From Candidatus Bathyarchaeota archaeon (GTDB lineage: Archaea > Thermoproteota > Bathyarchaeia > Bathyarchaeales > Bathycorpusculaceae): a stretch of 32,000 nucleotides of DNA. The DNA is taken from assembly GCA_963815095.1 (NCBI GenBank), contig CAWFFH010000003.1, forward strand, positions 1,109,962 through 1,141,961, written 5' to 3'. Position numbers and translations under genes: made by a program. The first letter of the stretch is position 1. Each line of letters begins with the position of its first letter. The notes beneath the pieces are model-generated. The model saw only the letters and a program-made list of their open reading frames with translations. It made no database searches and was not told where the DNA came from. Of the stretch, positions 1-8,935 are shown in pieces.

Positions 1-1389
1 TTTCTACCCAACATCCCCCAGTTTGTAATCGCGTATTTTGGGGTTCTTAAAGCAGGCGGGGTTGTTACAACGATTAGTCCTCTGCATCGGGGACGGGAAG
101 TCGAGTACCAACTTAGCGATTCAGGCGCCCAAACCATAGTTGCTTTGGATTCGCTGTATCCCATTGTGGAGAAAGTTAGGGAAAAAACCAATCTAAAACA
201 AATAATAATCACAGGTTTAGAAGATTATGGTTCCGAAAATATCTCTTCTTCAAGCATTCCAAATACTTTGTTTTTCAAGCAATTACTGAAAAACATCCCT
301 GTAGAAGATCCAAACGTTAAGATTAATCCATATGAAGACTTAGCAGCACTCCAGTACACTGGTGGCACCACAGGAACAGCGAAAGGTGCAATGCTTACCC
401 ACGCAAACCTCGTTTCAAATGCTCTTGCATTTGCGGCTTGGATAAAAGGCGTCGCAACCCAAGAAACCTTCCTATCTGCATTGCCACTGTTCCACATATA
501 TGGAATGACAACAAGTATGACCGTACCCATCAGTTTAGCAGCAAATATGGTCTTAATGCCAAAATTTGAGCCAACAAAAGTTTTGGAAACCATACAAACA
601 CAAAAAGTTACAGTTTTCTGTGGCGTCCCAACTATGTACTCAGCATTGCTTGTTAATCCGAACCTTGGTAAATATGACTTAACCTCGATTCGGGTTTGCA
701 TTTCGGGCGCTTCCTCTCTTGCTCCCCAAATCCAAAAGAAGTTCATGGAAGTTACAGGAGGCTTCCTTGCAGAAGGGTATGGCTTGACTGAGGCATCGCC
801 GGTAACGCATTGTACTCCTGTGGATAAATCGATGCTGACGGTCAGGGTTGGTTCAATTGGGTTCCCGCTGCCAGACACCGACGCCAAAATTATTGACTTA
901 GAAACAGGGGAAAAAGTTCTTGCTGTAGGTGAAGCGGGAGAGTTAGCAGTGAAAGGATTGCAGGTTATGAAGGGGTACTGGCACAAGCTAGAGGAAACCG
1001 ATTTGGTACTGCGGGACGGGTGGCTTTTAACAGGCGACATAGCACACATGGATGATGACGGTTATTTCTACATTACAGACCGTAAAAAAGACCTAATCAA
1101 GACAAAAGACTACAGCGTCTACCCAAGAGAAATTGAAGATCTTCTTTACGAGCATGCAGCCATAAAACTCTGCGCGGTCGTGGGCAAACCCGACCCATTG
1201 GCAGGTGAGGTTCCAAAAGCCTACATAGTGCTCAAAGAAGGCAGGAGAGCATCCGCCGAGGAAATAATGTTTTTCGTCAATGGCAAAGTGGCACCCTACA
1301 AGGCAATCCGTGAAGTCGAATTCAGAAAAGAACTGCCCATCAGCTCAGCAGGCAAAGTCCTTAAGCGAATGCTCCAAGAAAAACCTTAA
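1..1389 (+). CDS. AMP-dependent acyl-CoA synthetase/ligase (ANL superfamily), 5' end lies outside the window
   Basis: Frame 1 is open from base 1 (FLPNIPQFVIAYFGVLKAGGVVTTISP...), so the tracked Met at 145 is internal. AMP-binding motifs are present: YTGGTTGTAKGAMLTH, GYGLTE, TGDIAHMDDDGYFYITDRKKD and a C-terminal GKVLKR. Confidence 0.88.
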   Translation, partial: FLPNIPQFVIAYFGVLKAGGVVTTISPLHRGREVEYQLSDSGAQTIVALDSLYPIVEKVREKTNLKQIIITGLEDYGSENISSSSIPNTLFFKQLLKNIPVEDPNVKINPYEDLAALQYTGGTTGTAKGAMLTHANLVSNALAFAAWIKGVATQETFLSALPLFHIYGMTTSMTVPISLAANMVLMPKFEPTKVLETIQTQKVTVFCGVPTMYSALLVNPNLGKYDLTSIRVCISGASSLAPQIQKKFMEVTGGFLAEGYGLTEASPVTHCTPVDKSMLTVRVGSIGFPLPDTDAKIIDLETGEKVLAVGEAGELAVKGLQVMKGYWHKLEETDLVLRDGWLLTGDIAHMDDDGYFYITDRKKDLIKTKDYSVYPREIEDLLYEHAAIKLCAVVGKPDPLAGEVPKAYIVLKEGRRASAEEIMFFVNGKVAPYKAIREVEFRKELPISSAGKVLKRMLQEKP

Positions 1390-1601
1390 CTGCTCTTTTT
1401 TCTCCTCCAAACTTTGAAGGCAACTTTTTCGCCTATCCAAGCAAAAAACAGTAAAACAAAAAATGGACCCAAAAAAAGCCCGAAAACAAAATCGTTGTTA
1501 TTGGTTGCTGCTTTCCCCAAGATATCTGGATAGAGCATTATGCCTGCTATGACTAAAACACTTGTCAAAACAAACGCCATAGCGAAGGTTAGAGCCTTCA
1601 T
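1386..1601 (-). CDS. hypothetical small membrane protein (two hydrophobic segments)
   Basis: 71-aa ORF with two hydrophobic stretches and a basic C-terminus (WRRKKSS). It is convergent with the ligase gene and overlaps its stop by 4 nt. No recognisable family. Confidence 0.35.
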   Translation of the reverse strand: MKALTFAMAFVLTSVLVIAGIMLYPDILGKAATNNNDFVFGLFLGPFFVLLFFAWIGEKVAFKVWRRKKSS

Positions 1602-1710
1602 TTACCATCAAATATCTTCTGTTAAGCTTGTCTGTTTTAAATGTTGTCAAAAATTGCTTCGAAATGTATAAGAGAAAACCTCGAGCATGAATTAGGTTAA
1701 GGCTTCGTCT

Positions 1711-3993
1711 TTGCGTGTAAAAGTTGCTGTCTCAGGTATTGTTCAAGGTGTAGGTTTCCGCCCATTCATCTATCGGTTAGCGGTGCGAAACGGCTTGGCA
1801 GGGTATGTCCGAAATAGAGGGGATGCTGGGGTAGAAATCCTACTTGAGGGCAGCCAGACGGACATAAAGTGTTTTATGCGTGATTTAAAGGTGGAGAAGC
1901 CGCAGTTAGCCTCCATCTATGATATTAAATCAACCGAGCTTTCGGGAAGAAAAGAATACCAAAACTTCACAATTTACAAGAGTTCCACTGAGGCAGAGTC
2001 TTCCGGTTCAATCATACCTCCTGACATCGCCATTTGCAATCAATGCCTCAAAGAACTCCGTGACCCCAAAGACTCCCGCTACGAATACTTTTTTATAACT
2101 TGCACCGACTGCGGGCCACGCTTCACAATCATTGAGAAGCTCCCGTACGACCGGGAAAACACTACTATGAAAGAGTTTCCCCTGTGTGGTTTTTGCCTCA
2201 AAGAGTATGAGGACCCAGCGAACAGGCGTTTTCATGCACAAACCGTAGCGTGCCCAACCTGCGGACCCAAAGCATATTTGACAACAAAAAAGGGTGAAAT
2301 AATCCACACCAAGGACCCTGTGAGGGAAGCTGGGAAACTGCTCTCGGAAGGCAATATCCTTGCGGTGAAAGGGTACGGTGGTTTCCATATTGCAGCTTCA
2401 ACATTGATAGAGAAGCCTCTGCAAACCCTCCGTGCAACCAAGCATAGACGCGAGAAACCTTTTGCTATCATGGCAAGAAGTCTTGAAGCAACAATGGGGT
2501 TCGCCGAAGTGGGTTCAAAGGAAAAAGAACTGCTGCTTTCCCCTTCACGCCCAGTGGTGCTGTTAAACAAAAGTCTCAGTTACAACCTTTCGCCACAGGT
2601 GGCGCCTCACCTGCATAACGTGGGCGTAATGCTACCTTACACGGGCCTACACTATATGCTCTTCGACCAAGTCAACGACCCAGCATACGTAATGACCAGC
2701 GCCAACCCGCCAAACCAACCCATCGTGAGGGACAATGTACAAGCGCTCAAAGCATTGGGCAACACTGTTGATTATTTCCTGTTTCATAATCGCGAGATTG
2801 CGCATCGCTGTGACGATTCAGTACTGCGTGTCCATGGCGACTACCAAGTGTTCCTTAGACGAAGCCGAGGTTACGCTCCTGCACCAATAAGGCTTAAACA
2901 AAAATCCAAACGCTGCGTTGTCGCCTTAGGCGGCGAACTTAACAATACTTCCTGTGTTCTGTTGGATGATAAAGCTTTTATCAGCCAGTATATCGGCGAT
3001 GTCGAAAACGTTGAAACTCGCAGCTTCCTACAAGAAGCAACTAATCATCTTCAGCTTTTGACCAACTGTAAGAGCGAGATGGTTGCTTGCGATTTGCATC
3101 CCAAGTTCACCACAACCAACTTGGCTAAGGCGATGGCTGAGGCTAATGGTTCGTTGGTGGTTCAAGTCCAGCATCACCATGCTCATGCGGCAGCTTTGAT
3201 GGCGGAACACAGTTTGGATGAAGCGGTCAGCATTGTTTGCGATGGTTACGGCTACGGCACGGATGGTGAAGCGTGGGGTGGTGAGGTCCTTTTCTGTGCG
3301 CATAAATCAGCCGAGTTCAAAAGGCTTGGGCATTTGAAGACTCAACCTTTGCTGGGCGGCGACTTAGCGAGTCGATATCCCGTGCGTGTGGCGGTTGGGA
3401 TGCTTGGCAAGGTAGGAGTAAACGTTGAAGAATGGCTCTCAAAGAACAACCAGCATTTGCCTTATGGCGAGCCCGAAGCCAAACTTATACTAAGCCAACT
3501 CCAAAAAGGTGTAGGTATCATTGAGACTACGAGTTGCGGGCGAGTTTTGGATGCGATTGCCGTAGTTTTAGGAGTTTGTTTTGAGCGAACATACGAGGGA
3601 GAATTAGCAATGAAACTAGAATCTACAGCTTTAGCTGGCACGGACCTTTTGAAGCTAGAACCTCAACTACAAGGAGATGTTTTGGATACTTCTTACCTGA
3701 TTGGTTCAATTTATGACAGTTTGGGCACGGTTTCTGCTGCAGATTTAGCTTATTCTGCCCACGTTTACCTTGCCAAAGGCTTAGGGCAACTGGCAATTCA
3801 GGCTGCAAATGAGAAAAACTTGAAGAATGTGGGTTTTTCAGGCGGCGCCGCGTGCAACCAAATCCTTGCCCATCTCATGCGCGAAACTGTTGAATCTGCT
3901 GGTTTGAGGTTCTTTGTCCACAAATCTGTCCCCGCTGGAGACGGCGGAATCTCGTTTGGTCAAGCAGTTGTCGCTGGGTTTTCGAAGTTTTAG
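1711..3993 (+). CDS. hypF: [NiFe]-hydrogenase maturation carbamoyltransferase HypF
   Basis: 760 aa. N-terminal acylphosphatase motif (VSGIVQGVGFRPFIYRLA). Two zinc-finger pairs (CNQC...CTDCGPRFT and CGFC...CPTCGPK). YrdC-like region (LAVKGYGGFHIA) and a Kae1-like C-terminal half. Apparent TTG start at 1711; the in-frame upstream ATG is followed by a stop. Confidence 0.93.
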   Translation: MRVKVAVSGIVQGVGFRPFIYRLAVRNGLAGYVRNRGDAGVEILLEGSQTDIKCFMRDLKVEKPQLASIYDIKSTELSGRKEYQNFTIYKSSTEAESSGSIIPPDIAICNQCLKELRDPKDSRYEYFFITCTDCGPRFTIIEKLPYDRENTTMKEFPLCGFCLKEYEDPANRRFHAQTVACPTCGPKAYLTTKKGEIIHTKDPVREAGKLLSEGNILAVKGYGGFHIAASTLIEKPLQTLRATKHRREKPFAIMARSLEATMGFAEVGSKEKELLLSPSRPVVLLNKSLSYNLSPQVAPHLHNVGVMLPYTGLHYMLFDQVNDPAYVMTSANPPNQPIVRDNVQALKALGNTVDYFLFHNREIAHRCDDSVLRVHGDYQVFLRRSRGYAPAPIRLKQKSKRCVVALGGELNNTSCVLLDDKAFISQYIGDVENVETRSFLQEATNHLQLLTNCKSEMVACDLHPKFTTTNLAKAMAEANGSLVVQVQHHHAHAAALMAEHSLDEAVSIVCDGYGYGTDGEAWGGEVLFCAHKSAEFKRLGHLKTQPLLGGDLASRYPVRVAVGMLGKVGVNVEEWLSKNNQHLPYGEPEAKLILSQLQKGVGIIETTSCGRVLDAIAVVLGVCFERTYEGELAMKLESTALAGTDLLKLEPQLQGDVLDTSYLIGSIYDSLGTVSAADLAYSAHVYLAKGLGQLAIQAANEKNLKNVGFSGGAACNQILAHLMRETVESAGLRFFVHKSVPAGDGGISFGQAVVAGFSKF

Positions 3994-4044
3994 ACCAATT
4001 TGTTTTTATCGCCCTTTACAGCCTCTTCTATTGACTGATTAGTT

Positions 4045-4269
4045 ATGTGTTTAGCAATTCCAGCCAAAATAATGAGCCTTAATGGGGCAACAGCCCATGT
4101 GGATTTTGGTCAAGGCGTTTTACGCGACGTTAACGTGTCCTTAGTTGACGCTAAGGTAGGCGAGTACGTGTTGGTTCATGCAGGTTACGCGATTCAGGTT
4201 TTAGAGGAAAAGGAAGCCTTAGAGACACTGAGTCTTTGGGAAGACGTTTTAGCTGCTGCTGGAGAATAA
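4045..4269 (+). CDS. hypC: hydrogenase maturation chaperone HypC/HupF family
   Basis: 74 aa starting MCLAIPAKI, the N-terminal Cys-2 hallmark of HypC. It sits between hypF and hypD. Confidence 0.9.
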   Translation: MCLAIPAKIMSLNGATAHVDFGQGVLRDVNVSLVDAKVGEYVLVHAGYAIQVLEEKEALETLSLWEDVLAAAGE

Positions 4270-4285
4270 ACTGTAAGTTGAGAGC

Positions 4286-5374
4286 ATGGCACAAAACCTC
4301 AGGTTCCGAAATTCCGAATTGGCACACAGCATAGCAGAAAAAATCAAATCAGTGTCGCCCAAAAGGGGGCAAGTTAAGTTTTGCCATGTTTGTGGTACCC
4401 ATGAATGGACCATAACCCACTTTGGCTTGCGAAGTTTATTGCCGGAAAATGTTGAGGTCATCGCTGGACCCGGATGCCCAGTTTGTATTGTGCCTGCTGC
4501 AGAAATCGACGAAGCAGTGCAGTTGGCGCAAAAAGGGATGGTGATAACATGTTTCGGCGATCTTCTCCGAGTGCCGGGAAGTCAATCCTCGCTTTTAGAA
4601 GCCAAAGCAGCTGGCGCTGACGTCAGAATTGTATATGCCGTTTCAGACGCCATTGAAATGGCTAAACGCGAGCAAACTAAACAATTTGTTTTTCACGCCG
4701 TCGGTTTCGAAACCACTGCCCCTATCACTGCGCTTGAAGCCCTCGGTGATTTGCCCAAAAACTTTAGCTTCTTGGTTTCCCATCGCTTGATTCCGCCAGC
4801 CATGGAACTTTTGCTTGGCGTCGGCGACTTGCATATTGACGGATTCATTGCGCCCGGGCATGTAAGCGCCATTATCGGTTTGAAACCCTACGAGTTATTT
4901 ACTCGAGTTTACCGGATGCCTACAGTTGTGGCAGGGTTTGAGCCCAACGACGTGTTGATGTCGCTTTACATGCTTCTAAAACAAGTCAGCGAAAGCGATG
5001 CTTTGCTGGAGAATGAATATTCTCGTGTTGTTAAGCCTGAAGGCAACCCTAAAGCGCTGGAAATGATGAGGCAAGCTTTCACGGTTACTGCTGGGAACTG
5101 GCGCGGCATCGGCAGGCTACCCGACTCAGCATTGCAGTTGCGCGAGTCACTTAAACAGTATGATGCCCGAGAAAAATTCGATGTTCACGTTAAGGAAGGA
5201 AAAGACATTAACTTTGGGTGCGAATGTCATCTGGTAATTATTGGAAAAATCAAGCCCAAAGAATGTCCCCTCTTCATGAAAACATGCACGCCCGCAAAAC
5301 CAGTTGGCGCATGCATGGTTAGCAGCGAAGGCACCTGCCGCGTATGGGCAAAAAACGAAGCTGCCCAAGCCTAA
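4286..5374 (+). CDS. hypD: hydrogenase maturation Fe-S protein HypD
   Basis: 362 aa with the HypD motifs CHVCGTHE and GPGCPVC, plus a C-terminal Cys cluster (FGCECH..., PVGACMVSSEGTC). Confidence 0.93.
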   Translation: MAQNLRFRNSELAHSIAEKIKSVSPKRGQVKFCHVCGTHEWTITHFGLRSLLPENVEVIAGPGCPVCIVPAAEIDEAVQLAQKGMVITCFGDLLRVPGSQSSLLEAKAAGADVRIVYAVSDAIEMAKREQTKQFVFHAVGFETTAPITALEALGDLPKNFSFLVSHRLIPPAMELLLGVGDLHIDGFIAPGHVSAIIGLKPYELFTRVYRMPTVVAGFEPNDVLMSLYMLLKQVSESDALLENEYSRVVKPEGNPKALEMMRQAFTVTAGNWRGIGRLPDSALQLRESLKQYDAREKFDVHVKEGKDINFGCECHLVIIGKIKPKECPLFMKTCTPAKPVGACMVSSEGTCRVWAKNEAAQA

Positions 5375-5381
5375 CTGATTG

Positions 5382-6980
5382 TTACGGAATATTCGTTTGG
5401 AAAACAAAAACTCTATACGGCAGAGTCCCAAAGACTGTTTCGTGAGTAAAATTGCCACTTACAACTAACATGTTGTATACTCCTTGAGCAGTTAAAGTTG
5501 AATTGAAGTATTCGAAACTTGTGTTTTCATCCAACATTAAATACTTGACATTTTTTTGTTCGCACAATACAACCAACTCATTAATGCTAAAGTTTGGTGT
5601 ATATGAGTCGGGCGGCAAAGTGGGGTACTGCCAAACCGAGTTATTATTCGATCTATCGGCATTCAAATAAAACTGGACCATGTTAATATTGAGATTATTT
5701 ACTGGACAGATAACCAAAACAGAATCATTACTGCCTAATCCTTTAGCTACATACTGGGTGGCTTCAGGCAAAGGTATGTAAACTGATTCGTTTGCAACCC
5801 AGGTTTCCGCATCAACAATGCTGTAAACGATGGCGGCTCCCGTAAGAACTATGAGGCAACCAGCGAGAATTTTGACCGCCCATTTGCGATGAATGCTTGT
5901 ATTGAAGGATCTCCAAGTTTTCTCAAATTTATTGTATATGGCTGAAACAAAACATGCGCTTGAAACCGCTAACACTGGAAAAAGAGGCATTGCATAACGC
6001 CAAGTTCTCGAGGCTATCAAAGTGAAGAAAACGTAAACAACAATAAACCAAACCAGGAAAAATTTGTCTTCGGGTTTTTTTCGCCAAGCAAACAGACCCA
6101 ACCCCAACAACCCAAGAACAAATACAAGTATAGAAATTGGGTGAACATACTGCATTCCTTGAAAAGATATTTCCATCAAATAGAAGATTGGTTGAGGAAA
6201 TCTTGCACTGTACACGTTTGCTTGGGCGTCGTTGACTTGAAGCAAATTAATCCATTGCCCTAAACCACCTGAAATAAAAATTGCTGTGAAAACTGGAATT
6301 ATCATGGCTCCAGAGGCAAGGATAAAAAGCGGGAATCTTGAAAACTTTGCTTTAAATTTACTTCGGTAGAGGAGAAAAGGCAAAGTAACAAGTAACACTA
6401 ATCCTGCAACGATTGCTTGATACTTAGTCAAAAACGCTAACCCCAACACTAACCCGCATAGAAGAATAATTTTGTCTTTACCCGTATGCAACCATTCAAC
6501 AAAAAGCAGCAACGTAGCCAAAAAGAAAAATTCCAGCGCCATCTCCAAAAGCGAAAGTCTAGAGAGCCAAATAAACGCCGGCATTGTCGCCATGAATATG
6601 CAAGATATGAATGCGACTCTGTGTCCGTATGTTTTTGAGGCAAGTTTAAACAAAACCCCTAGGGTAAGCAACCCAAAAACTACGGAGACCAGTCTTCCTG
6701 CCCATAAACTGGTGCCGAAAACCGCAAAGAAGCCAGCTGTAACTGCGTCGAATAAGGGTGGATAAAACGTTACGCCAAGATATTCCGTGATACGTCCTTG
6801 CGATAATAGAAGTGCTCCATATAGGTGAGGTGTTTCATCCCAAAGTATGCTTTTGTAAGCCAAATTATACAATAGCAAAAGACCACAAGTAACTGTGAAA
6901 ATCAAGAATAAAATATGCCAACGCTCAAACCTAAACCTTACTTGTTTAGACCTGATTTGAGAGAGCATTTTGTCACCCAA
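5382..6980 (-). CDS. GT-C fold membrane glycosyltransferase (PMT/ArnT-like, GT39/GT83-type)
   Basis: 532 aa. Many hydrophobic segments fill the first ~390 aa, followed by a soluble C-terminal domain rich in N-x-S/T sequons. The acidic first-loop motif LWDETPHLYG resembles the DE motif of the PMT/ArnT families. Confidence 0.7.
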   Translation of the reverse strand: MGDKMLSQIRSKQVRFRFERWHILFLIFTVTCGLLLLYNLAYKSILWDETPHLYGALLLSQGRITEYLGVTFYPPLFDAVTAGFFAVFGTSLWAGRLVSVVFGLLTLGVLFKLASKTYGHRVAFISCIFMATMPAFIWLSRLSLLEMALEFFFLATLLLFVEWLHTGKDKIILLCGLVLGLAFLTKYQAIVAGLVLLVTLPFLLYRSKFKAKFSRFPLFILASGAMIIPVFTAIFISGGLGQWINLLQVNDAQANVYSARFPQPIFYLMEISFQGMQYVHPISILVFVLGLLGLGLFAWRKKPEDKFFLVWFIVVYVFFTLIASRTWRYAMPLFPVLAVSSACFVSAIYNKFEKTWRSFNTSIHRKWAVKILAGCLIVLTGAAIVYSIVDAETWVANESVYIPLPEATQYVAKGLGSNDSVLVICPVNNLNINMVQFYLNADRSNNNSVWQYPTLPPDSYTPNFSINELVVLCEQKNVKYLMLDENTSFEYFNSTLTAQGVYNMLVVSGNFTHETVFGTLPYRVFVFQTNIP

Positions 6981-7054
6981 GCGACTCTAACCTCGCCTGG
7001 TCATTATATTAATATTTGCAGAAAACTGGAGACAATCTCTCTTTGTCTGATTTG

Positions 7055-8119
7055 TCAACAGATTCTTGGTACTGGATCGCCAACTGGTTTTGCGATTATT
7101 CTTTTGCCACCCACCAAAGTTTGCATCGCTACTCCCTTGAATTCGGAGGTGATTTCGCCGATTATTTGTGCATCCTTGCCCTCTTTGGTCTGCTTTAAGA
7201 ACGCGAGTACTTCTTCGGTTTTTTGGTGAACAGCGCCAATTATGATTTTGCCCTCATTGCCAATTTCTAAGGGGTCTAGGCCAAGCATTTCGCATGCAGT
7301 TTGTACGTCGCTTCGGATTGGGACCTTGTCTTCATGGATTAGGATGCCTATTTTTGATTTTTCGGTCCATTCGTTTAGGGCGTCGGCTAAGCCTCCTCGG
7401 GTGGGATCTTTCATTGCGACAACGCCGCCGACATTGCCCAGCAAACTTTGAATCATTCGGTTAAGCGGCTTCACATCCGACTTTATTTCACTGCCAAACT
7501 TTAAGCCCTGCTGTGCCGAAAGCACTGCTAAACCATGGTCTCCGATTGTGCCTGACAATATGATTTTGTCGCCGACTGCAAGGTTAGAATCAAGTGCCCA
7601 GCGGGCTTTAAGTTCACGATATTTCCTGGCAACTTGAAGGTTACTCTCGAGAGCTGGAGTTCGCCTGCCTATGCCTGAAACATTCATAACACATCCGCCT
7701 AGACTGCCCTTCTCCACAACTTTCGTATCACCCGTAACTATGCCAACGCCCGCTTCAATGCAGGCTTGTCGCATGCTACCAAGGATAAGCTTCAAATCCG
7801 ATAGTAACAAACCCTCCTCAAGGATGAGTCCGCAAGCCAACGCATAAGGCTCCGCGCCCAAGCACGAAATATCGTTAACAGTACCTGAAATGGATAGACG
7901 CCCGATGTCGCCGCCTGGGAAAAATATGGGTTTAACGGCGTGGGAGTCGCTTTTGAAAACTATATCTCCAATGACTGCTGCGTCATCCATGGCTTCCAAT
8001 GGAACTTCGGCTTCGTTGACTAATCCGCCAAAATATTTTACTATGTAGTTTTTGACGAGGTCATGCATTACTGAGCCGCCCGCGCCATGCAGCATTGTGA
8101 TTTTCTCGATTTTATCCAT
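7055..8119 (-). CDS. hypE: hydrogenase maturation carbamoyl dehydratase HypE
   Basis: 354 aa PurM-fold protein. N-terminus has MLHGAGGS, and the C-terminus ends ...PRIC, the HypE-specific terminal cysteine motif. Confidence 0.93.
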   Translation of the reverse strand: MDKIEKITMLHGAGGSVMHDLVKNYIVKYFGGLVNEAEVPLEAMDDAAVIGDIVFKSDSHAVKPIFFPGGDIGRLSISGTVNDISCLGAEPYALACGLILEEGLLLSDLKLILGSMRQACIEAGVGIVTGDTKVVEKGSLGGCVMNVSGIGRRTPALESNLQVARKYRELKARWALDSNLAVGDKIILSGTIGDHGLAVLSAQQGLKFGSEIKSDVKPLNRMIQSLLGNVGGVVAMKDPTRGGLADALNEWTEKSKIGILIHEDKVPIRSDVQTACEMLGLDPLEIGNEGKIIIGAVHQKTEEVLAFLKQTKEGKDAQIIGEITSEFKGVAMQTLVGGKRIIAKPVGDPVPRIC

Positions 8120-8402
8120 GGATTTGCTGTCCCCTGAGGCTTTTTACTAGAATAGAATAGCCTAAATGTGAAAAATAAACACATCGCAAAGAAATATGAT
8201 TTTTCTAAGTTCTCAAATGAGGATAAAGTTATTGCAAGCTCTCGCCAGTAATTTTGATTTTGTTTTCTTAGAGTTTTTTAGGTAAAGTATAAATGGTTAA
8301 ACGCAATCCCAAAACTATACACCTCACGCGTTCGAATTGTTCCGTCGCAGGAATGTCACTTAGTCAGTTAAGAGTAAAATCTTAGTTGTGATACGGAAAG
8401 CC

Positions 8403-8410
8403 ATATAAAT
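8403..8410 (+). promoter_or_regulatory. candidate TATA box for the L22-led r-protein transcription unit
   Basis: ATATAAAT lies about 40 nt upstream of the L22 ATG at 8450, with GGAG between them. It is in a 330-bp divergent intergenic region shared with hypE. Confidence 0.35.
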
Positions 8411-8449
8411 TGCTTTTACGTGTTTGAATGGCGCACTGGAGAAATATTA

Positions 8450-8935
8450 ATGCCAAAATGGGGATACACAATAATTGAAGAAATGCTCAATCCAGAAAAA
8501 ACAGCGAAAGCAAGCGGAAGAGAACTCAAAGTATCCCATAAAGCCGCACGGGAAGTCTGTAAAGCTGTTAAGGGCATGAATCTATCACAATCTAAAGAGT
8601 TTTTGCGCGACGTTATGGTCAAGAAAAGACCAGTTCCATATACAAGGTACACTAAAAAACTAGGCCATAAAGGCGGAATGCAAGGCAGATGCGTGGGCAG
8701 GTTCCCCATAAAGTGCGCCGAGCAAATTCTTCATGTTATAGAAGCAGCCCAAGCCAATGCAGAAAACAAAGGCTTAGACGTTGACCGTCTCCGAATTATG
8801 CATGCAGCAGCTTACCAGGGTATAAAACTTAAGCGTTTTATGCCAAGAGCACACGGCAGAGCCTCACCAAAATTCGATACAACCACACACGTTGAAATAG
8901 TCCTAGAAGAGAAACCGACTCAAGGAGAGCAATAA
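8450..8935 (+). CDS. rpl22: 50S ribosomal protein uL22
   Basis: MPKWGYT...KASGRELKVSHKAAREVCKAVKG... is typical archaeal L22. I prefer the ATG at 8450 (GGAG 10 nt upstream) over the tracked GTG at 8420. Confidence 0.92.
   Translation: MPKWGYTIIEEMLNPEKTAKASGRELKVSHKAAREVCKAVKGMNLSQSKEFLRDVMVKKRPVPYTRYTKKLGHKGGMQGRCVGRFPIKCAEQILHVIEAAQANAENKGLDVDRLRIMHAAAYQGIKLKRFMPRAHGRASPKFDTTTHVEIVLEEKPTQGEQ

Noticed and set aside
225-1049. 274-aa minus-strand ORF antisense to the acyl-CoA ligase gene. Similar antisense or out-of-frame ORFs occur at 2008-2570, 3028-3303, 6449-6765, 18735-19142, 28818-29498 and 30194-30602.
   Set aside because: Each lies wholly inside a confidently identified CDS on the other strand or in another frame. 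They have low-complexity, Ser/Pro/Cys-rich, non-protein-like composition and no start context. They are shadow ORFs.
7030-7048. Hairpin AGACAA-N7-TTGTCT just downstream of the hypE stop, as a terminator.
   Set aside because: The stem is only 6 bp and no adjacent T-run lies on the transcribed strand. This is too weak to call.
8330-8338. GTTCGAATT, resembling a tRNA T-loop, in the hypE/L22 intergenic region.
   Set aside because: The flanking bases do not form a T-stem (ACGCG versus TGTTC). No acceptor, D or anticodon arms can be drawn.
8420-8449. Longer N-terminal extensions suggested by the ORF track for L22 (8420), L24 (11022), L15 (18070), cmk (24564) and the PurM-fold gene (29452).
   Set aside because: The canonical family N-termini begin at internal ATGs that have better Shine-Dalgarno spacing. 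The extensions overlap upstream genes or add non-conserved residues.
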